DNA of 64,000 nucleotides from Bacteroidales bacterium. GTDB taxonomy: Bacteria; Bacteroidota; Bacteroidia; Bacteroidales; UBA932. The stretch's first letter is position 1. Each line of letters starts with the position of its first letter. The stretch spans positions 4,709 to 68,708 of the forward strand of contig JAFZWD010000032.1 of the NCBI GenBank assembly GCA_017617495.1, read 5' to 3'. The position numbers and the translations under genes are program-made. Under the pieces are notes generated by a model. The model searched no databases, had not been told where the DNA came from, and saw only the letters and a list, made by a program, of their open reading frames with translations. Shown here piece after piece: positions 48,859 through 58,953 of this stretch.

Positions 48859-50529
48859 ATGATTCACGTCTTCTGCAAAAACACCGGCACAAGCAAATCT
48901 TTCCGCGAGGGAACAACACTCCTCGACATGTTGCCGGAATTCAGCTTCGAACGTCCCTATCCCATTGTTTCTGCGAGAGTTAACAACGTCTCCCAGGGGC
49001 TTAAATTCAGGGTTTACAACAGCCGCGACATCGAATTCCTGGACTGCACTTCGCCCAGCGGAATGCGCGTATACATCCGCTCGCTGAGCTTCCTGCTCTG
49101 CAAAGCCACCCGCGACGTTTTCCGGGGCAGCAGGCTCTTCATAGAGCACCCCATTTCGCACGGCTACTACTGCGACCTGGTGAAGGCAGACAAGAAGCCC
49201 GTCACACAGGAAGATGTGGACAAGATCAAGGCACGCATGCAGCAGCTCGTGGACAAGAATATGGCGTTCCACCGCTACGAGGTGCAAACCGGGGAGGCAA
49301 TCCGCATCTTCAGGGAGAAGGGCCTGGAAGACAAGGTGAAACTGCTGGAGACCAGCGGCGAGGTGTATACGAACTACTATACCCTCGGGCGCACGACCGA
49401 CTACTATTACGGGCGTCTGGTGCCCAGCGCTGGATGGCTGAAGGTCTTCGACCTCAAACTTTACCACAAAGGAATGCTTCTCGTAGGCCCCAGCAAGCAC
49501 AATCCCCTCGAACTCGCGCCCTATGTCGACCAGCCCAAGACCTTCGCTATGTTCTCCGAGAATATCAAATGGAACAGCATCATGGGACTGCGCACCGTAG
49601 GCGACCTTAACCACGCCCTTCTGGATTGCGGCGGAAGCGATTTCATCCAGATTGCAGAGGCCCTTCAGGAGAAGAAGATAGTGCAGATGGCCGAAGAAAT
49701 AGAAAAGCGCTACCGTTCCCGCAGCAAGGTGCGCCTGGTGCTGATTACGGGCCCCTCCAGTTCAGGTAAGACCACCGTGTCCAAGAGGCTCAGCATACAG
49801 CTCAAGGCCTGCGGCCTGAGGCCTCTCACCTTCAGTACGGACGACTACTTTGTGGATAGGGAAAAAACGCCCCTCCTGCCGGACGGCAGCTACGATTTCG
49901 ACAACTTCGAAACCGTGGACCACAAGGCCCTGGAGAGGGATCTGATGAAACTTATGGCCGGCGAGGAAGTGCAGGTGCCCTATTTCAATTTCGTGACCGG
50001 CAAGCGCGAATACGGGCATCGCAAATACAAACTCGGCCCGCAGAACATAATTATTCTGGAAGGTATTCACGCCCTGAATCCCAAACTCACCAAGAAGATT
50101 CCCGACAACCGCAAATACCGCATATTCATTTCTACCCTCACGGGTATTCCCCTGGACAACCACAACTGCATACCTACCAGCGACAACCGCCTGCTTAGGC
50201 GAATCGTGCGCGATTGCAACAAGGGAGCCTTCTCGGCCCGCGAAACCATTAGCCAGTGGCCCAAGGTGCGTGCTGCGGAGGACGAATGGATTTATCCTTT
50301 CCAGGAGCAGGCCGACGTTATGTTCAATTCGGCTTATCTGGTGGAATTTGCGGTTCTTCGCAATCATGCGGAACCGATTCTGCGTAGCGTGCCCAAGAAC
50401 TGCCCGGAATACAGCGAGGCGCACCGCCTGCTGAAGTTCATACACTATTTCACACCGGTACCGGACAACGAGATTCCGCCTACTTCGCTGCTCCGCGAAT
50501 TCGTGGGAGGTTCGAGCTTCAAATACTGA
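48859..50529 (+). CDS. Nucleoside (uridine) kinase with N-terminal ThrRS-like domain
   Basis: N-terminal TGS/tRNA_SAD-like region; GPSSSGKT, DDYF, EGIHALNP, RRIVRD, EFVGGSSFKY. Confidence 0.87.
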   Translation: MIHVFCKNTGTSKSFREGTTLLDMLPEFSFERPYPIVSARVNNVSQGLKFRVYNSRDIEFLDCTSPSGMRVYIRSLSFLLCKATRDVFRGSRLFIEHPISHGYYCDLVKADKKPVTQEDVDKIKARMQQLVDKNMAFHRYEVQTGEAIRIFREKGLEDKVKLLETSGEVYTNYYTLGRTTDYYYGRLVPSAGWLKVFDLKLYHKGMLLVGPSKHNPLELAPYVDQPKTFAMFSENIKWNSIMGLRTVGDLNHALLDCGGSDFIQIAEALQEKKIVQMAEEIEKRYRSRSKVRLVLITGPSSSGKTTVSKRLSIQLKACGLRPLTFSTDDYFVDREKTPLLPDGSYDFDNFETVDHKALERDLMKLMAGEEVQVPYFNFVTGKREYGHRKYKLGPQNIIILEGIHALNPKLTKKIPDNRKYRIFISTLTGIPLDNHNCIPTSDNRLLRRIVRDCNKGAFSARETISQWPKVRAAEDEWIYPFQEQADVMFNSAYLVEFAVLRNHAEPILRSVPKNCPEYSEAHRLLKFIHYFTPVPDNEIPPTSLLREFVGGSSFKY

Positions 50530-51220
50530 ACCCCTTGATTGCGGCAAATGCCGCGGCCTCCTTTTCGCCGAGTCTGGTCTCGAGGAAATGAGGAATCATG
50601 CGGGGACTGTGAATGTCGCTACCCGCCATAGTATAGAAGCCCCCAAGCAGGAGTTTGAGGGCTTTTTTCTGCGCCATCTCGCCATACAGCCCCGCCAGCG
50701 AACCTATGTTCATCTGAAGGGTTATACCCCTGTCACGCAGGCTCAGATAGTGCTTGTCGGACATATAGACATAACGTTCGGGGTGGGCCAGAACCGGCTC
50801 GTAGCCCTTTGTCTGTATCTCGAAGAGAAGGTCGTCGAAGTCCAGGGGAGGCTGGAAATAGGACGTCTCCACAAGAAGCCGGTTGCCGTCGCCGTGGGTG
50901 AGCAGGTTGCCCGAATCGAGCAGCGCAGGGAACGACGAATCCAGCATGTACTCGGCTGCCAGATGCAGTTTGATGGGGCCCTTGTACTCTGACTTGAAGG
51001 CCTCGAAGCGCTGCCTCAGGTCTTCGGGAGTATTGGGCACGTCTGCCATTATATGGGGAGTGAAAACGACCTCCTGAATGCCTTCTTTTTCGTAAGCCTC
51101 GAGGATGACGAGGCTGTCGGACATCTTCTTGACTCCGTCGTCGACACCCGGAAGGATGTGGCTGTGGCAGTCGTTGAAGCCGTGGAAGTCTATATTCTTC
51201 TTTTTCTTGAACCAGAACAT
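50519..51220 (-). CDS. CpsB/CapC (PHP-type) tyrosine-protein phosphatase
   Basis: DCHSHILPGVDDG, TPH, LAHPERY, GSDIH. Confidence 0.88.
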   Translation of the reverse strand: MFWFKKKKNIDFHGFNDCHSHILPGVDDGVKKMSDSLVILEAYEKEGIQEVVFTPHIMADVPNTPEDLRQRFEAFKSEYKGPIKLHLAAEYMLDSSFPALLDSGNLLTHGDGNRLLVETSYFQPPLDFDDLLFEIQTKGYEPVLAHPERYVYMSDKHYLSLRDRGITLQMNIGSLAGLYGEMAQKKALKLLLGGFYTMAGSDIHSPRMIPHFLETRLGEKEAAAFAAIKGFSI

Positions 51221-51318
51221 AACGCTGCAAAGATAAAATTAATTCGTCAAAATTGTTATATTTGCAAAATAGCACCCGAACCGTGTACTAATAATAAATA
51301 AAACTAATCTTAAGACAG

Positions 51319-53304
51319 ATGAAAAAGTACTTGACAATCGTTGCTTCGGCACTCTTGATGTTTGCGGGAGCGAATCTTTACGCCCAGTCGGCCGCGCAGG
51401 AGAGTCTCGACAAGGCCAAAGCCACCCTGAACGATGCCCAGAAGCATTACGACAAGGTGTCCAAAATCGAGAACCGCAAGATCGACGCGAGCAAGGACAA
51501 GATCGCGGACCTCAAGCTCAAGATTGACAAGGACAACCTGGCCATCAACGAGGCCAATGCCCTCATCAAGCAGAAGCAGCAGACGCTGAAGCTCAAAAAG
51601 GACGCTTACAACGCCGAGAAGAAGGCTCTGGCAGCCGACGGAGGGCTCTCCAAGGCAGACAAGATGCAGCTGAAGGAGCGCGAAGGCGAGGTTAAGGCCA
51701 TTGCCGGCGACATCAAGAACGACCAGCAGACCGTCAAGGCCCTCAAGGGCAGCATCTCCGACAAGAAGAACGCCATCAAGAGGGAGCAGAACGCCATCAA
51801 CAGGAGCAAGGCCGAGATTTCCGCCGCAAAGAAGGAACTCTCCGCAGCCAAGCAGGGCGTGAAGGACGGAAAGAAGGCCGTGAGCGCCGAAAAGAAAGCA
51901 GCAGCAGCCGAAGCCAAGGTTGCTGCTGCTGAGCAAAAGGCCGCCAAGGCCAAGGCAGATGCAGCCGATGCCGCCGCTTCAGCCGCTGCTGCAGAGACCA
52001 AACAGGCTGCCAAGGAGTCTGAAATCGCAGCCAATGCGGCCGCACAGCAGGCTCAGGCAAAGGCCGACGCTGCCGAAGCTAAGGCAGTTGCCGCCGCAGC
52101 CGAAGTTGCGGTAGCCGAAAAGGAACTCGCCAAGGCCGAGGCTGACAAAGCCGCCGCTGAAGCCGATAAGGCCGTTGCGGAAGCTTCAGCCAAATTTATC
52201 GCCGACGCTTTTGCAGGCGCGGACGCCCAGCTCCGAGTGCTTGTTGCAGAAGCCGAGGCCGGCGACACTGTCCGCATTCCCATGAGCCTCCTGCCGGACG
52301 GCAGCGTCAAGTATGTGCCCACGACCTCATGGGTTTCCGGCTTCCCCGCAGGCTCGTTCTGGTATATGTATCAGTACACAGGCGATCCCTTCTGGGCCGG
52401 ACACGCACGCAAATTCACCGAGGCCCTCAGCGAAATTCAGCATTTCACCGACCATCACGATATCGGTTTCATGATCAACAACAGCTACGGCAACGGTCTG
52501 AGGCTGGTGGACAGCCTGGCATACAAAGACGTTATAGTCAATGCCGCAAAGTCCCTCTGCACCCGTTTCCGTCCCGGTGCAGGCGTTATCCAGAGCTGGG
52601 AAGCAAATCCCGAGAAGGACTGGACCTGCCCCGTCATCATAGACAATATGATGAATCTCGAGCTGCTCTTCAACGCATTTGCGCTTTCCGGCGACACCAC
52701 ATTCGTAAAGGTCGCCCTGTCGCACGCCGACAAAACCATCGAGAACCATTTCCGTCCCGATTTCAGCAGCTGGCACGTGGTTGACTATAACCCCGAGACC
52801 GGCGAAGTGCGCCACAAGCAGACACACCAGGGATTTTCGGATGATTCCGCATGGTCCCGCGGACAGGCATGGGGTCTCTACGGCTTTGCCGCTGCTTATC
52901 GCTGGAGCGGCCTCCAGAAGTATCTGGACCAGGCCGAAGGCATCGCCGCATTCATAATGAACAACCCCAATCTTCCCGAGGACGGCGTACCTTACTGGGA
53001 CTACAACGCCCCCGAGATTCCGCTCGCACCGCGCGACGCTTCTGCCGGCGCAATCATGGCATCCGGCCTCTACGACCTCTACGGCTTCACCAAAAAGGCC
53101 GAATACAAGGCCCTGGCGGACAAGATTGTCGCAGCCCTGGCATCTCCTGCATACACAGCAGAAGCAGGCAGCAACCACGGTTTCGTGCTGCTGCACTCGG
53201 TTACTTCCTTCCCTGCAGGCAAGGAAATCGACCAGCCTCTGAACTATGCGGATTACTACTACCTGGAGGCTCTCCTGCGCAAGAAGGCGGTAGAGAATCT
53301 ATAG
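51319..53304 (+). CDS. Secreted GH88 unsaturated glucuronyl hydrolase with N-terminal coiled-coil and Ala-rich linker
   Basis: Signal peptide; ~280-aa K/A/E-rich helical region; WVSGF, HDIGF, VIIDNMMNLE, WSRGQAW, PYWDY, RDASA, YADYYYLEAL. Confidence 0.87.
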   Translation: MKKYLTIVASALLMFAGANLYAQSAAQESLDKAKATLNDAQKHYDKVSKIENRKIDASKDKIADLKLKIDKDNLAINEANALIKQKQQTLKLKKDAYNAEKKALAADGGLSKADKMQLKEREGEVKAIAGDIKNDQQTVKALKGSISDKKNAIKREQNAINRSKAEISAAKKELSAAKQGVKDGKKAVSAEKKAAAAEAKVAAAEQKAAKAKADAADAAASAAAAETKQAAKESEIAANAAAQQAQAKADAAEAKAVAAAAEVAVAEKELAKAEADKAAAEADKAVAEASAKFIADAFAGADAQLRVLVAEAEAGDTVRIPMSLLPDGSVKYVPTTSWVSGFPAGSFWYMYQYTGDPFWAGHARKFTEALSEIQHFTDHHDIGFMINNSYGNGLRLVDSLAYKDVIVNAAKSLCTRFRPGAGVIQSWEANPEKDWTCPVIIDNMMNLELLFNAFALSGDTTFVKVALSHADKTIENHFRPDFSSWHVVDYNPETGEVRHKQTHQGFSDDSAWSRGQAWGLYGFAAAYRWSGLQKYLDQAEGIAAFIMNNPNLPEDGVPYWDYNAPEIPLAPRDASAGAIMASGLYDLYGFTKKAEYKALADKIVAALASPAYTAEAGSNHGFVLLHSVTSFPAGKEIDQPLNYADYYYLEALLRKKAVENL

Positions 53305-54522
53305 GGAATCGCAAATCGCCGCTGCCACGGCCCAGCCCGTGCTCCAGGCGGCCTGGAGGTTGAATCCTCCGGTCACGGCGTCGATATCCAGAATTTCCCC
53401 GGCGAAATACAGGCCGGGGATTTTTTTGCATTCCAGGGTGCGCGGATCCACCTCGCCGGCGGCCACTCCACCGCAGGTTACGAACTCATCCTTGAAGGGG
53501 GAGCGCCCTGCAATCGCGAGACTGTCGTTGCACAGCAGCGAGCGCAGTTTGTTGATGCCCGCCGCGCCTGTTTCTGCCCATGTCCTTTCCGCGGGAATAC
53601 CCGCTTTTGCGCAGAGATAAACCCAGAGGCGCGAGGGAATGCCGTCGGGATGCGCATTTGCCACCAGTTTGCGGGGATTGTCCCGCCTGAGCGATTCGAG
53701 GATGGCGAGCGCCCGTTCTTCGTTGCAGCGCAGCCAGTTTACGGCCAGCGTGCATTTGTAGCCTGCTTCGGCAAGATGCCTTGCGGCGTAGGAAGAGAGC
53801 CTCAGGACGGCGGGGCCGCTCAGGCCGAAATCTGCTATAAGCACGGGGCCTTCGCTCCTGAAGCCCGTTCCCGGGATGCTCAGGACGGCATCCGTACTGA
53901 TGCCTGCAAGAGACCAAAGGGCCTTGTCGTCTGTTTTGAATGCAAACAGCGAGGGGACGGGGGAGAGGCTTTCTATGCCGAGGCCGCGTAATATCTGCAT
54001 TCCCGGGCCGCCGCCGGTTGTGACTACAGTAATGTCGGCGCCGGTGTCTATGCCCGCCACGGCAGTTCCTGTGCGGATTACGGCGCCTTTGAGCGCGTTC
54101 CTGAGGCAGCGGACTATCTCGCCCGCATCGTCGCTGGCGGGGAACACGCGCCCACCTTCTTCCACTTTCAGGCGAACTCCGCGGGATTCGAACCAGGCCA
54201 TGGTCTCGGCAGGGCCGAAGCGCCCAAGGAGCTTTGCCATAAGGGCGTTTCCTCGGGGATAGACGGATGCGAGTTCGCGACGTCCGGGCATTGCACGGCC
54301 TTCTGCCGTTGGACGGCCGCCCGCCTGGGGCCATCCGAGCGAAGCGAAAGTATTGGTCAGGTTACAGCGTCCGCCGCCTGTCATCCCCAGCTTTACGAGG
54401 GGACGGGAGGCCTTCTCGACAAGCTCCACATCGGCCTTCAGGCCCTTTTCGCGCAGCATTGCGAGAAGATTCGCAGCACAGAAGCAGCCGGCCGCTCCGG
54501 CACCTATGATCTTTACTTTCAT
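53299..54522 (-). CDS. HI0933/YhiN(BaiN)-family flavoprotein, paralog 2, with in-frame insertion
   Basis: IIGAGAAG, TGGGRCNLTN, GRVFP, GLSGPAVL, FVTCGGV, GEILDIDAVTGGFNLQ. Confidence 0.9.
   Translation of the reverse strand: MKVKIIGAGAAGCFCAANLLAMLREKGLKADVELVEKASRPLVKLGMTGGGRCNLTNTFASLGWPQAGGRPTAEGRAMPGRRELASVYPRGNALMAKLLGRFGPAETMAWFESRGVRLKVEEGGRVFPASDDAGEIVRCLRNALKGAVIRTGTAVAGIDTGADITVVTTGGGPGMQILRGLGIESLSPVPSLFAFKTDDKALWSLAGISTDAVLSIPGTGFRSEGPVLIADFGLSGPAVLRLSSYAARHLAEAGYKCTLAVNWLRCNEERALAILESLRRDNPRKLVANAHPDGIPSRLWVYLCAKAGIPAERTWAETGAAGINKLRSLLCNDSLAIAGRSPFKDEFVTCGGVAAGEVDPRTLECKKIPGLYFAGEILDIDAVTGGFNLQAAWSTGWAVAAAICDSL
54264..54348. repeat. Short palindromic insert in YhiN paralog 2
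   Basis: CGGATG/CATCCG arms, ACGGC-CTTCT-GCCGT hairpin, GAGCGAAGCGAA at 54337-54348. Confidence 0.6.
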
Positions 54523-54578
54523 CGTCGCGAAGTTAGCAAAATAATTCCTATCTTTACATCACCAAAAACCAATACGCC

Positions 54579-55760
54579 ATGCTCAGACAGATTACTCCGG
54601 ACATTACCTACATCGGCATCGACGACCTCCGTTCGCATCTTTTCGAAAGCCAGTATCCCATTCCCGACGGAATGGCCTATAATTCCTATATAATAAAGGA
54701 CAGCAAAACTGCGGTTCTGGATACTTCCGACAAGGCCACTGCCGAGGACTGGAAGGACAATCTCCAGACGGCACTCAAGGGCGCGAAGCCCGATTATCTG
54801 GTGGTGCATCACCTGGAGCCGGACCATTCTGCCCTGGTGGCCTGGGTGCTGGAGGAGTTCCCGGGGCTTACCCTGGTGACCTCTGCAAAGGCAATAGCGA
54901 TGCTGCCGCAGTTCTTCGAGGGCATTCAGCTCGAAGGCCGCACAATGGCTGTAAAGGAGGGCGACGTTCTGGATCTGGGGCGTCACAGCCTGCAGTTCTT
55001 CGGCGCTCCCATGGTGCACTGGCCCGAAGTTATGGTGAGCTACGAAGCCGCTACCGGCACGCTGTTCAGCGCAGATGCCTTCGGCAAGTTCGGGGCGCTT
55101 TCCAAATGCGGCTACACCGACGCCGACGATGACGACTGGGCATGCGAAGGACGCCGCTACTACTTCAATATCTGCGGCAAATACGGCGGCCCTGTGCAGA
55201 CTCTGCTCAAAAAGCTTGCTGCGGTGGACGTCAAGCGTATCTGCGCCCTGCACGGCCCAATTCTCGAGAATCCGGCCGGGTTCGTGAAACTCTACGATAT
55301 CTGGAGCAGCTACGGGGTGGAAAGCGAGGGCGTTTTCGTCGCTTACGCTTCGATTCACGGCGGGACTGCCGCCGCTGCGGAGAAGTTCGCCGAGATTCTT
55401 AAGGAGAAGGGCTGCCCCAAGGTGGTGCTTACCGACCTTGCCGACTGCGACCAGGCCGAAGCCGTGGAGGACGCATTCCGCTATGGCAAGCTGGTGGTTG
55501 CTGCCAGTTCATACGATGCAGGGCTCTTCCCTCCGGCATATAGCTTCATCCATCATCTGCAGGACAAGGCCTGGCAGAAACGCCGTGTGGGCCTTATAGA
55601 GAACGGTTCCTGGGCACCCAGTGCCGGGCGCGTGATGCGCGAGCTCTTCGCGGGTATGAAGGAAGTGGAGACAGTGGAGCCGCTGGTGACCATCAAGAGT
55701 ACGCTTAAGGCCGCAGACCTGCCGGCTCTCGAAGCTCTTGCGGACGCAATACTAGCTTAA
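54579..55760 (+). CDS. fprA: Flavodiiron protein (FprA/type-A flavoprotein)
   Basis: GMAYNSY, HHLEPDHS, PMVHWPE, FSADAFG, LHGP, flavodoxin domain. Confidence 0.92.
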   Translation: MLRQITPDITYIGIDDLRSHLFESQYPIPDGMAYNSYIIKDSKTAVLDTSDKATAEDWKDNLQTALKGAKPDYLVVHHLEPDHSALVAWVLEEFPGLTLVTSAKAIAMLPQFFEGIQLEGRTMAVKEGDVLDLGRHSLQFFGAPMVHWPEVMVSYEAATGTLFSADAFGKFGALSKCGYTDADDDDWACEGRRYYFNICGKYGGPVQTLLKKLAAVDVKRICALHGPILENPAGFVKLYDIWSSYGVESEGVFVAYASIHGGTAAAAEKFAEILKEKGCPKVVLTDLADCDQAEAVEDAFRYGKLVVAASSYDAGLFPPAYSFIHHLQDKAWQKRRVGLIENGSWAPSAGRVMRELFAGMKEVETVEPLVTIKSTLKAADLPALEALADAILA

Positions 55761-56932
55761 TCTATATGCAACTCGTACCGTGCGATTTCGAACTCACGGT
55801 CGTCGCCCATGTGCTTTCCGAGGTCGTCGGAAATCTTGATAACCTTTTCCCAGGGGTCCTTGGCGCTCATGCGGCAGCGTGAGAGCTTCATCACGATGTT
55901 TGCGGGCTTGTAACCCTCTATGCCCGGGTCGCATGTGATATTGGTGCCGATGCCGGCGCTGAACTTGATTTTGCCCCTGAAATAATCTGCCACGCGCTTG
56001 TACTTGGGGAAGTCGAGGGCGTTGCTGAAGACTATCAGCTTGCTGGCGGGGTCGATGCCGAATTCCTTCAGGCGGGCTATTACCATCTCGCCAACGGTCA
56101 CCTCGTCGCCGGAATCCTGGCGGAAACCGTCCAGCAGCTTGGCCTGCTTCATTGTAAGCGTACGCAGGAACGACTTGGTGGTGAAGGTATCGATAAGGGC
56201 TGTGCCGAGGGCTCCGTCATATACTTTGATCCAGTCCTCCAGCGAAAGGAAATTGGCCCTCTTGTAGCCGAACACGCCGCTGTGGAACATAACCCACTCG
56301 TGAGGGAAAGTGCCCACCGGAGTGAGGCCGTATTTCATTGCAAAATACACGTTGGAGGTGCCTGCGCAGTACTTGGGGCACTTCTCCTTGATGCAGGCGA
56401 CAATCCTGTCGTGAAGCTCCGAAGAGAAGCGCCTGCGGGTGCCGAATTCCGAGAAGGAAAGGGCGTTTTCGTTTGCAAGCGCAAGCTTGTCTTCCAGAAG
56501 ACCTATCGCTTTTGAGTAATCCACCTTCACTCCGCGATACTTGTTGCGGAGTTCCGCCACTATGGCAAGCACCGGCACTTCGTAGAGCGTTACCTTATAT
56601 AAATAGTCCGTAACCTCTATCTGCAGATGACCTTCTGCATCCAGGCGAGCGTCGATCTTGTCCGGCTCGAAACGGAAGCTCGCCAGCCATTCCCAGTAGT
56701 TCTGGCCGATATATTTGACTCTTTTGATAACATATTCGTATTCCTCCCTGGTGAGCGCAAGCTTTCCCAGGTTATACAACTCCGCCTTGAGTTCCGCAAG
56801 GAAAGCGTCGTCGTAGCGCTCGGCATTGCGGTCGTTGAACTTGAATGTTCCCTCGGCGAGGGGATAGAGCTGGAAATAGGCGTTGGAGGTCGAAAACTTG
56901 TAGAGATCGGTGTCCAGAATGCTGAGTATCAT
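55757..56932 (-). CDS. pncB: Nicotinate phosphoribosyltransferase
   Basis: ILDTDLYKF, EFGTRRR, GTSNV, GTFPHE, RQDSGD, KISDD. Confidence 0.93.
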   Translation of the reverse strand: MILSILDTDLYKFSTSNAYFQLYPLAEGTFKFNDRNAERYDDAFLAELKAELYNLGKLALTREEYEYVIKRVKYIGQNYWEWLASFRFEPDKIDARLDAEGHLQIEVTDYLYKVTLYEVPVLAIVAELRNKYRGVKVDYSKAIGLLEDKLALANENALSFSEFGTRRRFSSELHDRIVACIKEKCPKYCAGTSNVYFAMKYGLTPVGTFPHEWVMFHSGVFGYKRANFLSLEDWIKVYDGALGTALIDTFTTKSFLRTLTMKQAKLLDGFRQDSGDEVTVGEMVIARLKEFGIDPASKLIVFSNALDFPKYKRVADYFRGKIKFSAGIGTNITCDPGIEGYKPANIVMKLSRCRMSAKDPWEKVIKISDDLGKHMGDDREFEIARYELHID

Positions 56933-57009
56933 TTTCTTGCAGTTTTGTTTCGGGGTGCTAAAGTACAAAATCCCTGTGAAAGAAGCAAAATATTGCGTAT
57001 CTTCGCGAT

Positions 57010-58953
57010 ATGAACGAAGAGTTGAACCTTGTCAGGGACCTGGCTGTCATACTCATCTCGGCAGGCATTTTCACCATTATCTGCCGGGCTCTCAAGCAGC
57101 CGTCCATCCTGGGCTACATCGTAGCTGGGTTCATCATCAGTCCGAATCTCGGGCTCTTCGGCATCTCCAGCATGGAAACCGTGCACCAGTGGTCCGAAAT
57201 CGGCATAATCTTCCTGATGTTCGGTCTTGGCCTGGAGTTCAGCTTCAAAAAGCTGCTCTCGGTGGGCAGCAGCGCAATTACCATTGCGGGAAGCAAGTTC
57301 GCGGGCGTATTCATAGTCGGGTTCACTTTAGGCAAAGCCCTTGGCTGGACCGGCATGGAGGCGCTGTTTCTGGCCGGACTGCTGTCGATGTCGTCAACCG
57401 CTGTTATCATCAAGTCCTATAACGAGATGGGGCTGAAGAATACCCCGTACGCCCCTATGGTGTTCGGCGACCTTATTATCGAGGACATGTTCGCCATCCT
57501 CCTGATGGTGCTGCTCTCCACGATGGCGGTGTCGCACCGTTTCGCCGGGGGAGAGATGCTCTTCAACCTCACCAAGCTTGCCTTCTTCCTGATACTCTGG
57601 TTCGTCATAGGCATCTGGCTGATTCCCAGCGTGCTCAAAAGGGCGCGGGACTATATCAACGACGAGATTCTGCTCATCGTGAGCATCGGCCTCTGCTTCG
57701 GCATGGTCACGCTCGCAAACCTCGCGGGCTTCTCCTCGGCGCTCGGCGCCTTCGTCATAGGATCAATCCTCGCGGAGACCGTCGAGAGCGAGCATATCGA
57801 GCGCCTCGTGATACCCATCAAGGACCTTTTCGGGGCGATTTTCTTCATCTCGGTGGGTATGATGATATCCCCTTCGGTGATAGCCTCCCACTGGCTGCTG
57901 ATACTGCTGATATGCATAGTGGTGCTGGTATGCGACACATTCTTCGTGGGCGTAGGCGTGCTGCTGTCCGGAGGCGGTCTGGACAATGCAGTTCACGCTG
58001 GCCTGAGCCTCGCGATGCTGGGAGAATTCGGCTTTATCATAGCAGGCGTAGGTACCAGCCTCGGGGTGATGCGGGACTTCATATATCCTGTCATCATCGC
58101 GGTTTCCGTACTCACGATCATGGTGTCGCCGTATATGCTGCGGCTGACCTCGCCGCTGCTCGGCTTCCTTCGTAAGAAACTGCCTCCCAAACTGCTGGAG
58201 CGCGTGGACAAGCCTGTCCGCAAGACCAAAAGCACCGACGAGGAACGCGGCGAATGGAGGATTCTGCTACGTACCTATATCACGAGGGTACTGCTTTACA
58301 CTGTCATTATTATCGCCATAGTCATCTGCTGCAAGAACTTCGTTTCGCCCTTCCTCGGCAGTATTGCCCCCGGAATGAGCGAAGGGTGGCACAACTGGAC
58401 AATGGTAATCTTTACTCTGCTGGTGCTGACACCTTTCCTGTACGGTCTGGCGCTGCCTTCGTCGACGGTAAAAAACGCAATCAACAGCATCCTCGCGAGG
58501 AAACCAGCCAACGTTTTCCCCATCTGGGCGCTGATTCTCCTGAGGCTCTTCCTCGCGATGGGATTCATCCTCATAGTGGTGGAGAGCTATATAGCCCTGC
58601 GGGGCTGGTCGCTCGTGGCTATGCTTGTGGCGACAATCGCGTTCATAGTGCTCTCCAAGAGCGTTCTGGACAAATACGGGCTCTTCGAGCGCAAGTTCAT
58701 CGAGAACCTTAACGAGAAGGAGCGGATGCGCCATAAGAAGGCCCGCGAAAGCATGGAGCCGGAAATGCGCAGCATGGTTCTGGAGGCATCCTCGCCGTAT
58801 GTGGGCAAGTGCCTCAAGGACCTGAATCTGCGAAAGGAGGGGCTGCTTGTCGTGAGCGTGCTGCGCGGCGAAGAATTCATCACCAACCCCGAGCCAGGCT
58901 TTGTCTTTGCCGAGGGGGATAGAATCTGGCTGGCCCAGGGCAGGAAGTCTTAG
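57010..58953 (+). CDS. CPA2 cation:proton antiporter with C-terminal TrkA-C domain
   Basis: KQPSILGYI, FGLGLEFS, MSST, IEDMFAI, LGEFGFIIA, RCK_C-like tail. Confidence 0.88.
   Translation: MNEELNLVRDLAVILISAGIFTIICRALKQPSILGYIVAGFIISPNLGLFGISSMETVHQWSEIGIIFLMFGLGLEFSFKKLLSVGSSAITIAGSKFAGVFIVGFTLGKALGWTGMEALFLAGLLSMSSTAVIIKSYNEMGLKNTPYAPMVFGDLIIEDMFAILLMVLLSTMAVSHRFAGGEMLFNLTKLAFFLILWFVIGIWLIPSVLKRARDYINDEILLIVSIGLCFGMVTLANLAGFSSALGAFVIGSILAETVESEHIERLVIPIKDLFGAIFFISVGMMISPSVIASHWLLILLICIVVLVCDTFFVGVGVLLSGGGLDNAVHAGLSLAMLGEFGFIIAGVGTSLGVMRDFIYPVIIAVSVLTIMVSPYMLRLTSPLLGFLRKKLPPKLLERVDKPVRKTKSTDEERGEWRILLRTYITRVLLYTVIIIAIVICCKNFVSPFLGSIAPGMSEGWHNWTMVIFTLLVLTPFLYGLALPSSTVKNAINSILARKPANVFPIWALILLRLFLAMGFILIVVESYIALRGWSLVAMLVATIAFIVLSKSVLDKYGLFERKFIENLNEKERMRHKKARESMEPEMRSMVLEASSPYVGKCLKDLNLRKEGLLVVSVLRGEEFITNPEPGFVFAEGDRIWLAQGRKS

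Noticed and set aside
51890-52190. Low-complexity GCN-rich tract as a tandem repeat array
   Set aside because: Simply encodes the Ala-rich helix; no fixed-period unit.
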